Shown: positions 44,552 through 53,858, counted from the first letter of the stretch. The stretch: 64,000 bases of DNA from Fibrobacter succinogenes (GCF_902771595.1 NZ_CACXXH010000001.1); one strand, 5' to 3'. Notes: a model not told the origin generated them from the sequence alone. Translations and numbers: made by a program.

Positions 44552-46032
44552 CAGGTTTCCAGCATGTAACGGATGTCCCTGACGCGCCTCGCAAGGGCTA
44601 CATCCTTGTCCATCATGGCAACCAGGGAGCGAATGGCGGCGATCACCGTGGAGTAATCGCGGTTGAAAATCTTTCCCACTTCCTGTTCCGTCTCCGAGGT
44701 GAGTTCGCGGCAGAGGAACATGGCAATCTTGCGCGGGATGGAAGCGCCCTTGTCCTGGCGCTTCGAAGAAAGCACGACCGCATCGATATTGAAAGAGGCG
44801 GCAACCGTTTCGCTGATGCACTTGAGCGTGAGCGTCGCGCCGTCGTTCTGCGGGGAGACAAGTAGCTGCTTAATGCTGTGCAGGTTCAATTCCACACCAT
44901 TCAGGCTGTGCATTGCATCGAGCCAGTTGAGCACGCCTTCGATGAGGCGGAAGTTGGCGCGCGGAGGTATGGAAAGGAACCTGCAAATTTCTTCGCGGTC
45001 GTCGCTTGCGAACGGCAGGCGTTCGGATTTCATGCGGATGACGCCCATACGCGTATTCAAGTCGGGCTCGTCCATGCCGACCGCAACACAGTTTTCCAGA
45101 TGGTTCAGGAGCACCGAGGTCAGCTGCGGAACGGAGGCATCCCTGGAAGGCTTCTCGCCCGCGGCAAGCTTCTTGAACGAAGCCGGATGGCGGTCGCACG
45201 AAAGGATGACCTGCTTGCCGCTGTTGCGCAGGCTGTTGATCATCTTGGCGAGGATTTCCTGGCTGTAGACACCGCTCTTGAGCAGCTGGATATCGTCAAT
45301 CAGCAGCAAATCGCATTCCGAATAAAGCTGCCTGAACTTTTCCTTCAGCTCGTCGCGCTTCGCCCATTCCTTGGCGACAGAAGCCTCGACGATTGACATC
45401 GTATCGCGCAAGAAGTCATATGCCTGGCGGTATACGACACGCATTTCCGGATTCTTCGCGGTAAGCCTTGCGGCAACGGCCTGGAGCAAGTGAGTCTTGC
45501 CGAGGCCCGAAGCTCCATATACGAGGAGCGGGTTCATCGGAAGGTCACCCGGCTTTTCGACCACGGTGAGGCACGCCTTGAGCGCAAGGGAATTGCAGGA
45601 GCCTTCCACAAAGTTCTCAAACGTATAGCCCGCATACATCGGGGAGCCGAGTGCGGCCTTCTTCTTTACGCGCTTCACCTGGGCGGCCTGCTTTGCAGCC
45701 TGCTTCACCACGGCGGGCACGGGGTTCGGGAACTTCATCTCGGGAACAGGGGCGGACACGGCGCGCAGACGCACCTTGTAATCTTCAAAAGCGGACCCGA
45801 GAACTGTAGAAAAAGCCTTGCGCAGGAGATCGCCGTAATGGCTGTTGAGCCAAGTTTCACGGAACTTGTCAGGAACAGAAAGCCAGGCTATCCCGCCGGA
45901 CATGCCCTCGAACTCAATAGTTTCGAGGAACTGCATTCCAAAAGAGCTGAATTCACCCTGCGACAGCATATAGTCCTTTACGGACTGCCAGGGCGAAGTC
46001 GACAAATTCAATAAAGCAATCGTATTATCCAC
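44551..46032 (-). CDS. dnaA: Chromosomal replication initiator DnaA
   Basis: Walker A is GASGLGKTHLLQA, followed by LLIDDIQLL. The C-terminal DNA-binding domain is IAMFLCRELTSETEQEVGKIFNRDYSTVIAAI. The start is GTG. Confidence 0.9.
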   Translation of the reverse strand: MDNTIALLNLSTSPWQSVKDYMLSQGEFSSFGMQFLETIEFEGMSGGIAWLSVPDKFRETWLNSHYGDLLRKAFSTVLGSAFEDYKVRLRAVSAPVPEMKFPNPVPAVVKQAAKQAAQVKRVKKKAALGSPMYAGYTFENFVEGSCNSLALKACLTVVEKPGDLPMNPLLVYGASGLGKTHLLQAVAARLTAKNPEMRVVYRQAYDFLRDTMSIVEASVAKEWAKRDELKEKFRQLYSECDLLLIDDIQLLKSGVYSQEILAKMINSLRNSGKQVILSCDRHPASFKKLAAGEKPSRDASVPQLTSVLLNHLENCVAVGMDEPDLNTRMGVIRMKSERLPFASDDREEICRFLSIPPRANFRLIEGVLNWLDAMHSLNGVELNLHSIKQLLVSPQNDGATLTLKCISETVAASFNIDAVVLSSKRQDKGASIPRKIAMFLCRELTSETEQEVGKIFNRDYSTVIAAIRSLVAMMDKDVALARRVRDIRYMLET

Positions 46033-46033
46033 A
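46025..46033. promoter_or_regulatory. Perfect consensus DnaA box TTATCCACA that contains the dnaA GTG start codon on the other strand (T-GTG-GAT-AA)
   Basis: Read directly. The consensus TTATCCACA is established knowledge. Confidence 0.6.
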
Positions 46034-46419
46034 ATAAACCAAAAAGAGCAAGAGGGGGCTACTAAAGGTTGGGTTTAAAAATTAGATAAAGGGCCCCGGC
46101 AAAAAATCACCCCCGAAACCGGTTCTGAAAAAAATTTTTAAAAACAGCGCAAAAAAGGCTTTTTTCCAGAAAAAAATTTTTATTACCGAATCAATCCCCA
46201 TTTTTGGGGATTATAGTCACGTAAGAATCAAATAATCTTCCCAATAAAAAACACAACATATCAACAGAAAAATTTTAAACCATCCCTTGACAGAACAGAT
46301 AGTGAACAAAAAAGCATTATTTTAAACAAAAATGGCCTTTTTGCGTCAATTTGGGGCATTTTTTGTCAATAGAGTCTTGTAACTCGTTGATATTACGAAA
46401 GTTATGTAAGGTTTAAATA
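46033..46419. other. Candidate oriC / dnaA promoter region (AT-rich 387-bp spacer)
   Basis: It is the longest non-coding stretch in the window. It has long A/T tracts and two copies of GAAAAAAATTTTTA (46127-46140, 46169-46182). The palindrome AATCCCCA-TTTT-TGGGGATT is at 46193-46212. One perfect DnaA box sits at its edge, and a 1-mismatch box TGTGGATAC lies at 46474-46482. I saw only weak additional boxes. Confidence 0.45.
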
Positions 46420-47883
46420 TTATTTTCTCGCGAAAACAATAAAGTTTCCATCAACATAGGCCACAGCCCATTTTGTGGATACGCGGAGGCTCTCCAAAAG
46501 CCTGTCCCAGCGGGCATAAAAACGCAGCGGAAAGACCGCTCGGTCGATTCCCAGGGAATCCGCATCGGAGAGGAACAGCGCCGGATCTTCGGAGTAGCGC
46601 ATGTACCGCTCGAAGAATTCCGCCGTCTTCAGGATGAAGCGCCCATCTATATATGTAGAATCCGCGGGGTTCACGAACGCGAGATAGCCGCCGGCACGGT
46701 CATCGTTGAACAGCCGGCCCTGATGCGGGTGCTCCTTCATCCAGGCGGCGGCGGAAACGGGCACGCGCTGGTAGGCGACCCAGGAATCATAAGCGGAAAC
46801 GGAACGCCCCCAGAAGCCGAGGAGGAAAGCAAGGATTACTATAGAAATTATTTTGCAAATCTTAGAACTGAAAAAATGTGGGATGTGGAATGTGGAATGT
46901 GAAATGAAAGATGCGGGATGATATATAAAGGCGAAAAGGAATATCGGAAGGAACAATACGAAATTCCTTTCGGCCGCAAGCGCCATCACCGAGATTACAA
47001 ACAACGTAACAAACACTACAAAGTTTTCGCGGCTGCGGACCAGTTTAACGACCGCATTCGCCGCCCCGAAAACAGCGAGCGCAATCATCAGCGCGCTTGC
47101 AAGGACATTCTCGCCGGCAAGGAGAATGGTAAGCGGGCTACGGTTCTCGGCGATGCCGCTCGCGAACGCCGCCGCCGAGGGGGAAATACCGAGCAGCCGG
47201 TCCAGAAGCCCAAACGGGTACAGGAAAATCGACACGCCGTCCCTGTGTAAGAAGGGCATCGCGAACAGGAGCAGCACAAACAGCGAGGGGAAAGCCACAT
47301 CATATGCCTGCAAGTGCCCGGCCCGTTTCATGCGTTCCGCGACGACGGGCAGCACGCACAACGCTGCGAACAGCGGGCCCAGAATATAGAGCCCCTGGAT
47401 ACGGCACCACACCCACTGCAAGGCAAGTACCGCAAGCGCAAGCGCATAAACTTTCAGGTCGGCCCGGCGCTCAAGACGCGCAAGCAGCCACGGAAGTACA
47501 TTCCAATACACCCCGAGGAACAGGAGCGAAAAGAGCACGGGGCGCATTTCGAACTGGAAGCGGAATACGAACAGGAGTACGCCCGCAAGTGCGACCGGGA
47601 GCGGGTTGCGGAAAAAGTCGATACGCCTCCCCCGCATAAAAAGCGCAAACACGAGGCCCCATAACACCGCCTTGAAAATAACAAGCAGGGGCGCGCCCCC
47701 GATGCAATAGACCGCGTACACCACCTGCTGGAAGAACTCGTGGATATTCACCATGCCCGCGCGTGACGGGCTCCAGGTCACCACCCACTCCCGCGCACAG
47801 GCGAGATGCCACCATATGTCGGTATCCGTCAGGGGGAACAGCGCAAAAAGCAGCGCCAGGAGCGAGACCGCAATCCAGTTCAT
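46420..47883 (-). CDS. Polytopic membrane protein, possibly a GT-C-fold glycosyltransferase, with a C-terminal soluble domain
   Basis: 487 aa with about 10+ TM segments. There is an acidic motif in the first loop (PLTDTDIWWHLA). The start overlaps the stop of the upstream TIGR02171-like gene (ATGA). The functional call is inference only. Confidence 0.65.
   Translation of the reverse strand: MNWIAVSLLALLFALFPLTDTDIWWHLACAREWVVTWSPSRAGMVNIHEFFQQVVYAVYCIGGAPLLVIFKAVLWGLVFALFMRGRRIDFFRNPLPVALAGVLLFVFRFQFEMRPVLFSLLFLGVYWNVLPWLLARLERRADLKVYALALAVLALQWVWCRIQGLYILGPLFAALCVLPVVAERMKRAGHLQAYDVAFPSLFVLLLFAMPFLHRDGVSIFLYPFGLLDRLLGISPSAAAFASGIAENRSPLTILLAGENVLASALMIALAVFGAANAVVKLVRSRENFVVFVTLFVISVMALAAERNFVLFLPIFLFAFIYHPASFISHSTFHIPHFFSSKICKIISIVILAFLLGFWGRSVSAYDSWVAYQRVPVSAAAWMKEHPHQGRLFNDDRAGGYLAFVNPADSTYIDGRFILKTAEFFERYMRYSEDPALFLSDADSLGIDRAVFPLRFYARWDRLLESLRVSTKWAVAYVDGNFIVFARK
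46876..46924 (-). repeat. Intragenic heptad-periodic repeat, 7 units. Plus strand: ATGTGGG ATGTGGA ATGTGGA ATGTGAA ATGAAAG ATGCGGG ATGATAT
   Basis: Read directly. It lies inside the CDS 46420..47883 and encodes ...IYHPASFISHSTFHIPHFFSS... Confidence 0.7.
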
Positions 47884-50564
47884 TTAGAATCCAGCTTCAC
47901 AAGCAGCGAATCAAGCCTGAGCGAGAATATCCTCGCGCCGTAACTGTTGAGATGGTCATCATTTTCCGCCATCGACGTCGTGTAATCGTGCTTGCCCATC
48001 TTGTTTTCGTCCATCAAATGGAAATTATCGTACTTCTTTTCGAGAGCAGCAATCCGGCCAATCAGTTTCGGAGCCTCGCTACGCATAATCCCATAGCGAC
48101 CGAACGCACCCGTCTTCGCATAATTCGGATTCTGCGGGAAAATCACACCCACAACATCGATTCCATGTTCGGCGGCAACCTTCACTATCCCTTCCAAAAT
48201 GTCCAAGTTCCCTTCGAAGCGACCAACATAGGTATGATTCCAAGCACTGTCTTCCAAGATAGTAGGATTTTCCATCCAGCCTATTCCCGAAGACGAAAAG
48301 AGACCTCTATGGAACATTATCCTCTCATCGTCCTCGCTGCCCACGGCAGCTTCGGTATACTGCAATATTTTGGCCTCGCGGTCATCTTTCCAATAATTGT
48401 GGTTCTCGTCGTATACGAATCCCGGATAGAACTTGTAACGATCATAAAAGAAATTGTCCGCAATGGAATCCTTCCACCAGAAATCAATATCCAGGGAAAG
48501 GACCACATGACGCAAATTAACCACATTGCCAAGGACATAGCGTTCGAAAAGGGCTCGAGTAGTAGCCATGGAATTCGGAGTCTGGGCCAGATTCACCGCA
48601 AAGTAATGCTTCAAGGCAGCCGGATCCGCCGCCGACAACGGGCGCGAAGACCCGAGAATCACCACGTCAGCAGAATCACGATACCGCCACAGCAATTCAA
48701 GCTTATAACGGTAAAGGGACATTTCCATGCTACCGCCGGCAAACATGTAGGCGCCAGCGCTATCCCGCACCAGAGTGTCCTTACCCGCATCCGCAGGATC
48801 ATCGCCAATCCACAAATCCGGATACGTGATATCGTCACCCTCTACAAGATCCACAATCGACGAATCCTTCAAATTGACCGCGACAATTTTGCTATGCGCT
48901 CCGTTCTTGTCAACAAGCGTCGCAACAGCAACGTCCTTGCGTTTAGTCCATTCCGTATGGTCGAATGAATACGATGCCGGCGACGGCACGCCCTGTACAA
49001 GATTTCCGAGGCTATCAGCCACAAGGAGCATCTCGTGCGTACCATATTCTTCCCCCGCAAATTTTCGGCCAGTTTTTCCACCAAAATCCAGGAACAACGT
49101 ACGTTTGGTTCCATCCCGCGAAAGGCTCGCATTACATGCCTGTTCGCCACCATACCACACTTCATCCTTGGAGTTATCGAGAAGAGTCATGCCATCCTTG
49201 GCACGCTTCGCGCGCAGTTGCCTCGCACCGGTAACCGCCAGGCGCCAGTCTTCGCTGATTCCGCCGTGATAGGCGCCGTCAAAAAGTTTCGTCTTTTCCC
49301 TGAAAGATTTGTTCCAGAAAACCACATGCCAAGTCGAAGACGTTTGGAAAGCAGCATCCTTGTTGTTTCCGGCATAATCCACATAAACAATTACGGTATC
49401 GCCGCTATCAAGGACCCGCCAACGGGGAATCGCAGCATACGTCCCCCTAAAGATTTTCACAATCCCGCTGGAAAGATCCAGCGAACGGACGAATATGGTA
49501 GACCTGCCCGACACTCCTTCGGGGCGATTGCAAAAAGCCACGTACCTGCCATCGGGAGATATGGTCGGGTGGTACACCTCCATGGTATCGACAATTTCGT
49601 GCACCACCGGATCCCCGCTGACAAAATTGACAAACATGAGGTTCCCCGAAGCTTCGTTCCTAAAGACAAGTTTTCCCCTCATCGTCCCGAACATTGAGCG
49701 GAATTCATCCGAGGTAATCGAGACATCCACATTGTCATGGACTATATAGCCCCTATAATCTGTCATGGTCGGATTCGGAATGGAACCATACACAATGCGA
49801 AAACCGATATAATCGGTCCTCAAATCCGCAGTTACGGGATAGACATCGCTCCTGTCGTACACGTGGACATCCGCGGGATTATCCCTGAAAGAGCCCCCCT
49901 TGAGGACTCTGGTATTGAGGAACCCGCCACCGAATATCCCGACGTAATTTTCCAGGGTCGTTTCCCTGAAACCGCCGAGCCAGTCGTTCACCCATTCCTT
50001 GACTCCACCGAGAAAATCACAAGGCGCCTTCGGCTTTTCGCCACATGTCCTTTTCCAGCTGTTCTCCGCGACCAGCGTCCATTCCGCCTCGGTCGGGAGC
50101 CTAAACGCTTCGACGTCAAATCGCGTAGAAAAATCGAGCATCGAAACGCAATGTCCATCATCATCGATCACGGCCTTTGTGTAGGTATACACCGTGTCGA
50201 GTCCCTTCTTCTTGCTCAACGCGTTCGCATACAGAACCGCATCGAAAAAAGTCACGTTCGAAACAGGTTGATTCAGCAACAAGGAATCATAGTGAATTCC
50301 GCGAACCTTTCCGTATTCGCCAAAGGTGACTTCACGCTTGCCGATGTAGAAGTCATAAGAAAATTCCACACGCATGGTAGGCTTCACCGAAGGCAAAGCA
50401 GCAGAATCATTCGTCCCGAGAAATACACTCTTGTCCGATGCGTGAACAAGAACCATTCCGTTGTCGAGGGAAAAAGGCTCGTAGTTGTTGATAGAGTTGA
50501 CCGATTCCGAATTAGAGCATCCAGCAATCAAGGCAAGGACAATCAATAGAAAGATTCGCACCAT
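47880..50564 (-). CDS. Large lipoprotein with an FGE-sulfatase domain, a beta-propeller and an SGNH-like domain (TIGR02171-like paralog)
   Basis: 894 aa with lipobox IAGC. Motifs are FRLPTEAEW, GGVKEWVNDW, RVLKGGSF, YIGFRIVYG, VYHPTISPDGRYVAFC, ILGSS and ENDDHLNSYG. It is colinear with 217..2904. Confidence 0.8.
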   Translation of the reverse strand: MVRIFLLIVLALIAGCSNSESVNSINNYEPFSLDNGMVLVHASDKSVFLGTNDSAALPSVKPTMRVEFSYDFYIGKREVTFGEYGKVRGIHYDSLLLNQPVSNVTFFDAVLYANALSKKKGLDTVYTYTKAVIDDDGHCVSMLDFSTRFDVEAFRLPTEAEWTLVAENSWKRTCGEKPKAPCDFLGGVKEWVNDWLGGFRETTLENYVGIFGGGFLNTRVLKGGSFRDNPADVHVYDRSDVYPVTADLRTDYIGFRIVYGSIPNPTMTDYRGYIVHDNVDVSITSDEFRSMFGTMRGKLVFRNEASGNLMFVNFVSGDPVVHEIVDTMEVYHPTISPDGRYVAFCNRPEGVSGRSTIFVRSLDLSSGIVKIFRGTYAAIPRWRVLDSGDTVIVYVDYAGNNKDAAFQTSSTWHVVFWNKSFREKTKLFDGAYHGGISEDWRLAVTGARQLRAKRAKDGMTLLDNSKDEVWYGGEQACNASLSRDGTKRTLFLDFGGKTGRKFAGEEYGTHEMLLVADSLGNLVQGVPSPASYSFDHTEWTKRKDVAVATLVDKNGAHSKIVAVNLKDSSIVDLVEGDDITYPDLWIGDDPADAGKDTLVRDSAGAYMFAGGSMEMSLYRYKLELLWRYRDSADVVILGSSRPLSAADPAALKHYFAVNLAQTPNSMATTRALFERYVLGNVVNLRHVVLSLDIDFWWKDSIADNFFYDRYKFYPGFVYDENHNYWKDDREAKILQYTEAAVGSEDDERIMFHRGLFSSSGIGWMENPTILEDSAWNHTYVGRFEGNLDILEGIVKVAAEHGIDVVGVIFPQNPNYAKTGAFGRYGIMRSEAPKLIGRIAALEKKYDNFHLMDENKMGKHDYTTSMAENDDHLNSYGARIFSLRLDSLLVKLDSK

Positions 50565-50622
50565 TGAGGTAAATCTAAAAAATTTGAATGTCCCCCGCTA
50601 CCGGGCATTGCCAGCTAAGCCA

Positions 50623-51369
50623 TCACAAACGGTCGGGAAGCCGGCTTTTCGCGATTTCACGATTCACGCCAATTCCCGGATAAGCCGGGAAGAGGTCGTC
50701 GGCGAGCCTATACCAGCGAAGGGCGCGGCTCACATCGGAATCCAGGTATAGATTCCCGATATCGAACGCGGCAAGGCCGGCAAGTTCACGAGCGCCGAGC
50801 AGCTTGAATTCGAGACCGCTCCAATTACCGTCGCGGTATTTTTCGCGGTATTCGTCATCGGTATAAGAATAGCCACGCCTGTTGGGCTCCAAGTTCACGG
50901 GAGGCTTGCCAGCGGGTGCATACCGCAAAAAGACATGCCCGGGCAAGAGAATCGCCTGCAGCGGAATTTGCCGGGCTTCGGCTGCCAACATCGCAAGCCA
51001 CGCAAGCCCGAGGCAGCCGGAGCGGCGCGTTTCGAGAACGCGCAGCGGGAGTACCGCGTCGTGTGCCACTGCACCCTCTCCCGCCCCGGCAAATTCGATA
51101 TTCCAGAATTCCCACAGGAGCGACTTCAACGAGCCGAGGGTATCGTGCGTCACAGACAAACTGCTGTCATAAAAAGCGAGCCCCTCGCGCCATGCGGGTA
51201 TCGAATCGACACACCACGGGTCCCGTTCCTCGAAAGTACACGCCATTTCCGCATACGTTACGTCTTCGGGTCGCACCGTCCACAGGAGCAGCGCGAGCGA
51301 AGCCGAAAGCAACAACAGGAAAATCGGCCAGAAATACCGCGAGAACAGGGAATGGAGTCGGGCGAACAT
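50623..51369 (-). CDS. Membrane-anchored transglutaminase-like (SirB1/YchA-type) domain protein
   Basis: It has an N-terminal TM segment. SGCLGLAWLAMLAAEARQIPLQAILLPGHVFLRY resembles the Transglut_core2 motif, and a TPR-like tail follows. Confidence 0.6.
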   Translation of the reverse strand: MFARLHSLFSRYFWPIFLLLLSASLALLLWTVRPEDVTYAEMACTFEERDPWCVDSIPAWREGLAFYDSSLSVTHDTLGSLKSLLWEFWNIEFAGAGEGAVAHDAVLPLRVLETRRSGCLGLAWLAMLAAEARQIPLQAILLPGHVFLRYAPAGKPPVNLEPNRRGYSYTDDEYREKYRDGNWSGLEFKLLGARELAGLAAFDIGNLYLDSDVSRALRWYRLADDLFPAYPGIGVNREIAKSRLPDRL

Positions 51370-51385
51370 CCTATCTCGTCGAGTC

Positions 51386-53332
51386 TTATTTCAGGGCGTC
51401 CCATTCCATCGGGGATTGCCAGAAGTCACGGGCGGTCATCATGTAGATGACGAGCCTCTTGCTCTGCATATCCTTCTTCATCTTCATCATGCGGTGGTAA
51501 ACACCAGGGCCGCCGCCCCAGCTCGTAAGCACCTGCACGTCGAGCCCAGTCGCGAACGCGAGCAGGGAACCCGGCCCGCCGCTCTTCTGGTCGACCGATT
51601 CGAACACGCCCGTGAACGAATCGCCCATCAAGAGGATAGGCGCATTCTTGCCGCCCTTGTAGGGTTCAGCGCCCTTGAGAATCTTCATCACGGGCAACGT
51701 ATCCGCCGGATACTTCGATTTCTCCGCATCGGGCAGGTGCGCCACCAGGTCGCCTTCGCGCAGTGTCGTCGTTTCCTGCATGTTGAGAGAACCCGGCTTC
51801 GCTCCGGCATCGGCATACCAGGCATACTGCGTCACGCGGGATGCAAGCAGTTCCATGGCGGCAAGCATTCCGGGGAGAGCCCAGTGCGTATCATAGCGCT
51901 GGTAGCTAAAGCGCGGCGGTTCATCGCCAGCCTTGGCCGCCATGAGCGACGGGTAGATATCGAGCACGTCGAGGCCCGCGGCAAGCATCTCGCGGGTGAA
52001 TTCGCGACCCGCGGGATTCACGCAGAGGTCGGCGGGCGTTCCAGCCACAAGGCGTTCCGCGTAGATTTCTTCCTTCACGGGGACGGGTACCACGAGCAAC
52101 TGCACGCCGATAGAATCCAGGTAGTTCTTGAGTTCGAGCAGGCGCGGGAGCGGATTGTGCAGGCTATCCTGTCCCGTTATCTTGTCAGCAAGCAGGTAGT
52201 TCGCATTGCGGCGGAACCAGAGGAACGTTTCCGCAGAAGATGCTCCCGAAGTCGCCCAGGCGTTCTGTTCCTTCGGGAGTTTCGCGAGCGTCTGCGCGAG
52301 CGCCGTCTTAAACTTTTCCGTTTCCGCATTCACGGGACAGCTGCCTTCCAGCGAAGCGAGCGTCTGCAGCCTGAAAGAGGAATCCGTGTCGAGCACGCGA
52401 TTCACCGGCACCACCTCGCCCGCAGCCGCCAGGGAATCGGCGACAGCCTTCGCGCGAATCTGCTCTTCGGTCAGGCGGAACGCGGGCACTTCGAAAGCAA
52501 TCCACATGGCCTTCCCCATCGGGTTTCCGCGCATTACGGCAAACGGCTGGTTCTTGGAACCCACAGGCCAGAAATCGCCCGGCGTATGCTGTTCCAAATC
52601 GGTATTGAGCGTCGGGTACCAATAAGACGAAAGCGTGCGCGCCCAGTTCATGGCGTCATCCGCATTCATTTCCGCCGTCAGGTAATAATTGAGCACCTCG
52701 GCGGTCTCCCCATGCGATGCAAACTTCAGCTTTCCGTAGAACACGCTGCGTCCCGTCCAAGAAGCAGGCGTAACTTCGGCCCACCACTCCACGGAACCAT
52801 CGCTCATCGGCACGCCCCAGAGGCGGCTCACCGTCTGGAAAGCGCGGAACACATCGGGTTCATCCCACTTGACGGCCTCAACCGCATTGAGGACCTGCGA
52901 AAGCGAATCATTACCCGTCTGTGCGTAGAGAATCTTCGAAAGCGGTTCCCACGCCACGGGCGCCACGGCCTGAGCAATTGCGGGCACAGATTCGGAAACG
53001 GAATCGAGCATCGGGAACGGATAATCCGCAATCTTTGCACCCGCCATCTTGCCCGTGTAATTTTCGGGCTTTTCGTCCTTGCCGGCAAGGCGAATCGGGT
53101 TTGCGGAATAGGCCGCGAAATCGAGCGCGGCAAGAGTCGGCTTCGCGACAATGCGCACCTGATGGTCCGCATCGATGGTTTTGATTTCGAACGCAGTTGC
53201 TGCGGGATCCTGGCCAGGAACCGCCACGGCAGCGGATTGTGCGGGAGAATCGCCCTGATTTGCCGGCGCAGAAGCGCAAGCGCTCAGCCCGAAAGAAATC
53301 GCAACGGCACAAAGCCCATAGATAAACTTCAT
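51386..53332 (-). CDS. Lipoprotein with a C-terminal AlgX/AlgJ-like (DHHW-family) SGNH domain
   Basis: I chose the ATG at 53332 (MKFIYGLCAVAISFGLSAC); the track GTG at 53344 lies inside the terminator stem. Motifs are QRYDTHWALPG and LLMGDSFTGVF. Confidence 0.7.
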   Translation of the reverse strand: MKFIYGLCAVAISFGLSACASAPANQGDSPAQSAAVAVPGQDPAATAFEIKTIDADHQVRIVAKPTLAALDFAAYSANPIRLAGKDEKPENYTGKMAGAKIADYPFPMLDSVSESVPAIAQAVAPVAWEPLSKILYAQTGNDSLSQVLNAVEAVKWDEPDVFRAFQTVSRLWGVPMSDGSVEWWAEVTPASWTGRSVFYGKLKFASHGETAEVLNYYLTAEMNADDAMNWARTLSSYWYPTLNTDLEQHTPGDFWPVGSKNQPFAVMRGNPMGKAMWIAFEVPAFRLTEEQIRAKAVADSLAAAGEVVPVNRVLDTDSSFRLQTLASLEGSCPVNAETEKFKTALAQTLAKLPKEQNAWATSGASSAETFLWFRRNANYLLADKITGQDSLHNPLPRLLELKNYLDSIGVQLLVVPVPVKEEIYAERLVAGTPADLCVNPAGREFTREMLAAGLDVLDIYPSLMAAKAGDEPPRFSYQRYDTHWALPGMLAAMELLASRVTQYAWYADAGAKPGSLNMQETTTLREGDLVAHLPDAEKSKYPADTLPVMKILKGAEPYKGGKNAPILLMGDSFTGVFESVDQKSGGPGSLLAFATGLDVQVLTSWGGGPGVYHRMMKMKKDMQSKRLVIYMMTARDFWQSPMEWDALK

Positions 53333-53339
53333 AAAAAAA

Positions 53340-53365
53340 TCCACCAGAAAAATGTTTCTGGTGGA
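53340..53365 (-). terminator. Strong intrinsic terminator (TCCACCAGAAA / TTTCTGGTGGA, 11-bp stem, 4-nt loop, then T7 on the minus strand)
   Basis: Perfect inverted repeat. On the minus strand the T-tract runs directly into the ATG of 51386..53332. Confidence 0.7.
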
Positions 53366-53396
53366 AATATAACTTTAAATTCAGCGCGACAGGATT

Positions 53397-53849
53397 TTAA
53401 GATGCGTTCTGGGAATTGTCGTGATTCGAATCCCTTGTTTTTAGCGTTTCTATGCGGTGATTCAGCAATTCAGTCACCTGCGGGATCAGCGAATCCTTGA
53501 TGCGTTCGAGGTACAGGCACTGCAACTGAATCATGCGGTCGCGATGACGCCCGGCGTGCTCCTGAATCCAGTTGCTCACAGCCGCCTGCTTGTTTTCGAG
53601 TTGGCTGCGCAATGTCTGTTGTATAAACGTTCGCTGTACTTCCATATAACGATGCATATTAAAAGGAAGACGGTATGTGCGAATAAACTGCTTTAAAAGC
53701 TCCAGAAGCGATAGGTTTGCGTCTTTATGGGAATCAACGAACTTCTTCAAATCGTCCAAATGATCCCTGAAAAAAGGCACTATAGCCGCATCGTCAATCT
53801 GGTAAAGTTCAAGCTCGTCTTGCTTTTTTGTTGCTTCATCAACAGCCAT
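53397..53849 (-). CDS. Hypothetical cytoplasmic helical protein (150 aa)
   Basis: An ATG start and clean ORF, visibly more AT-rich than its neighbours. No family recognised. Confidence 0.55.
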   Translation of the reverse strand: MAVDEATKKQDELELYQIDDAAIVPFFRDHLDDLKKFVDSHKDANLSLLELLKQFIRTYRLPFNMHRYMEVQRTFIQQTLRSQLENKQAAVSNWIQEHAGRHRDRMIQLQCLYLERIKDSLIPQVTELLNHRIETLKTRDSNHDNSQNAS

Positions 53850-53858
53850 GCTACAAAT

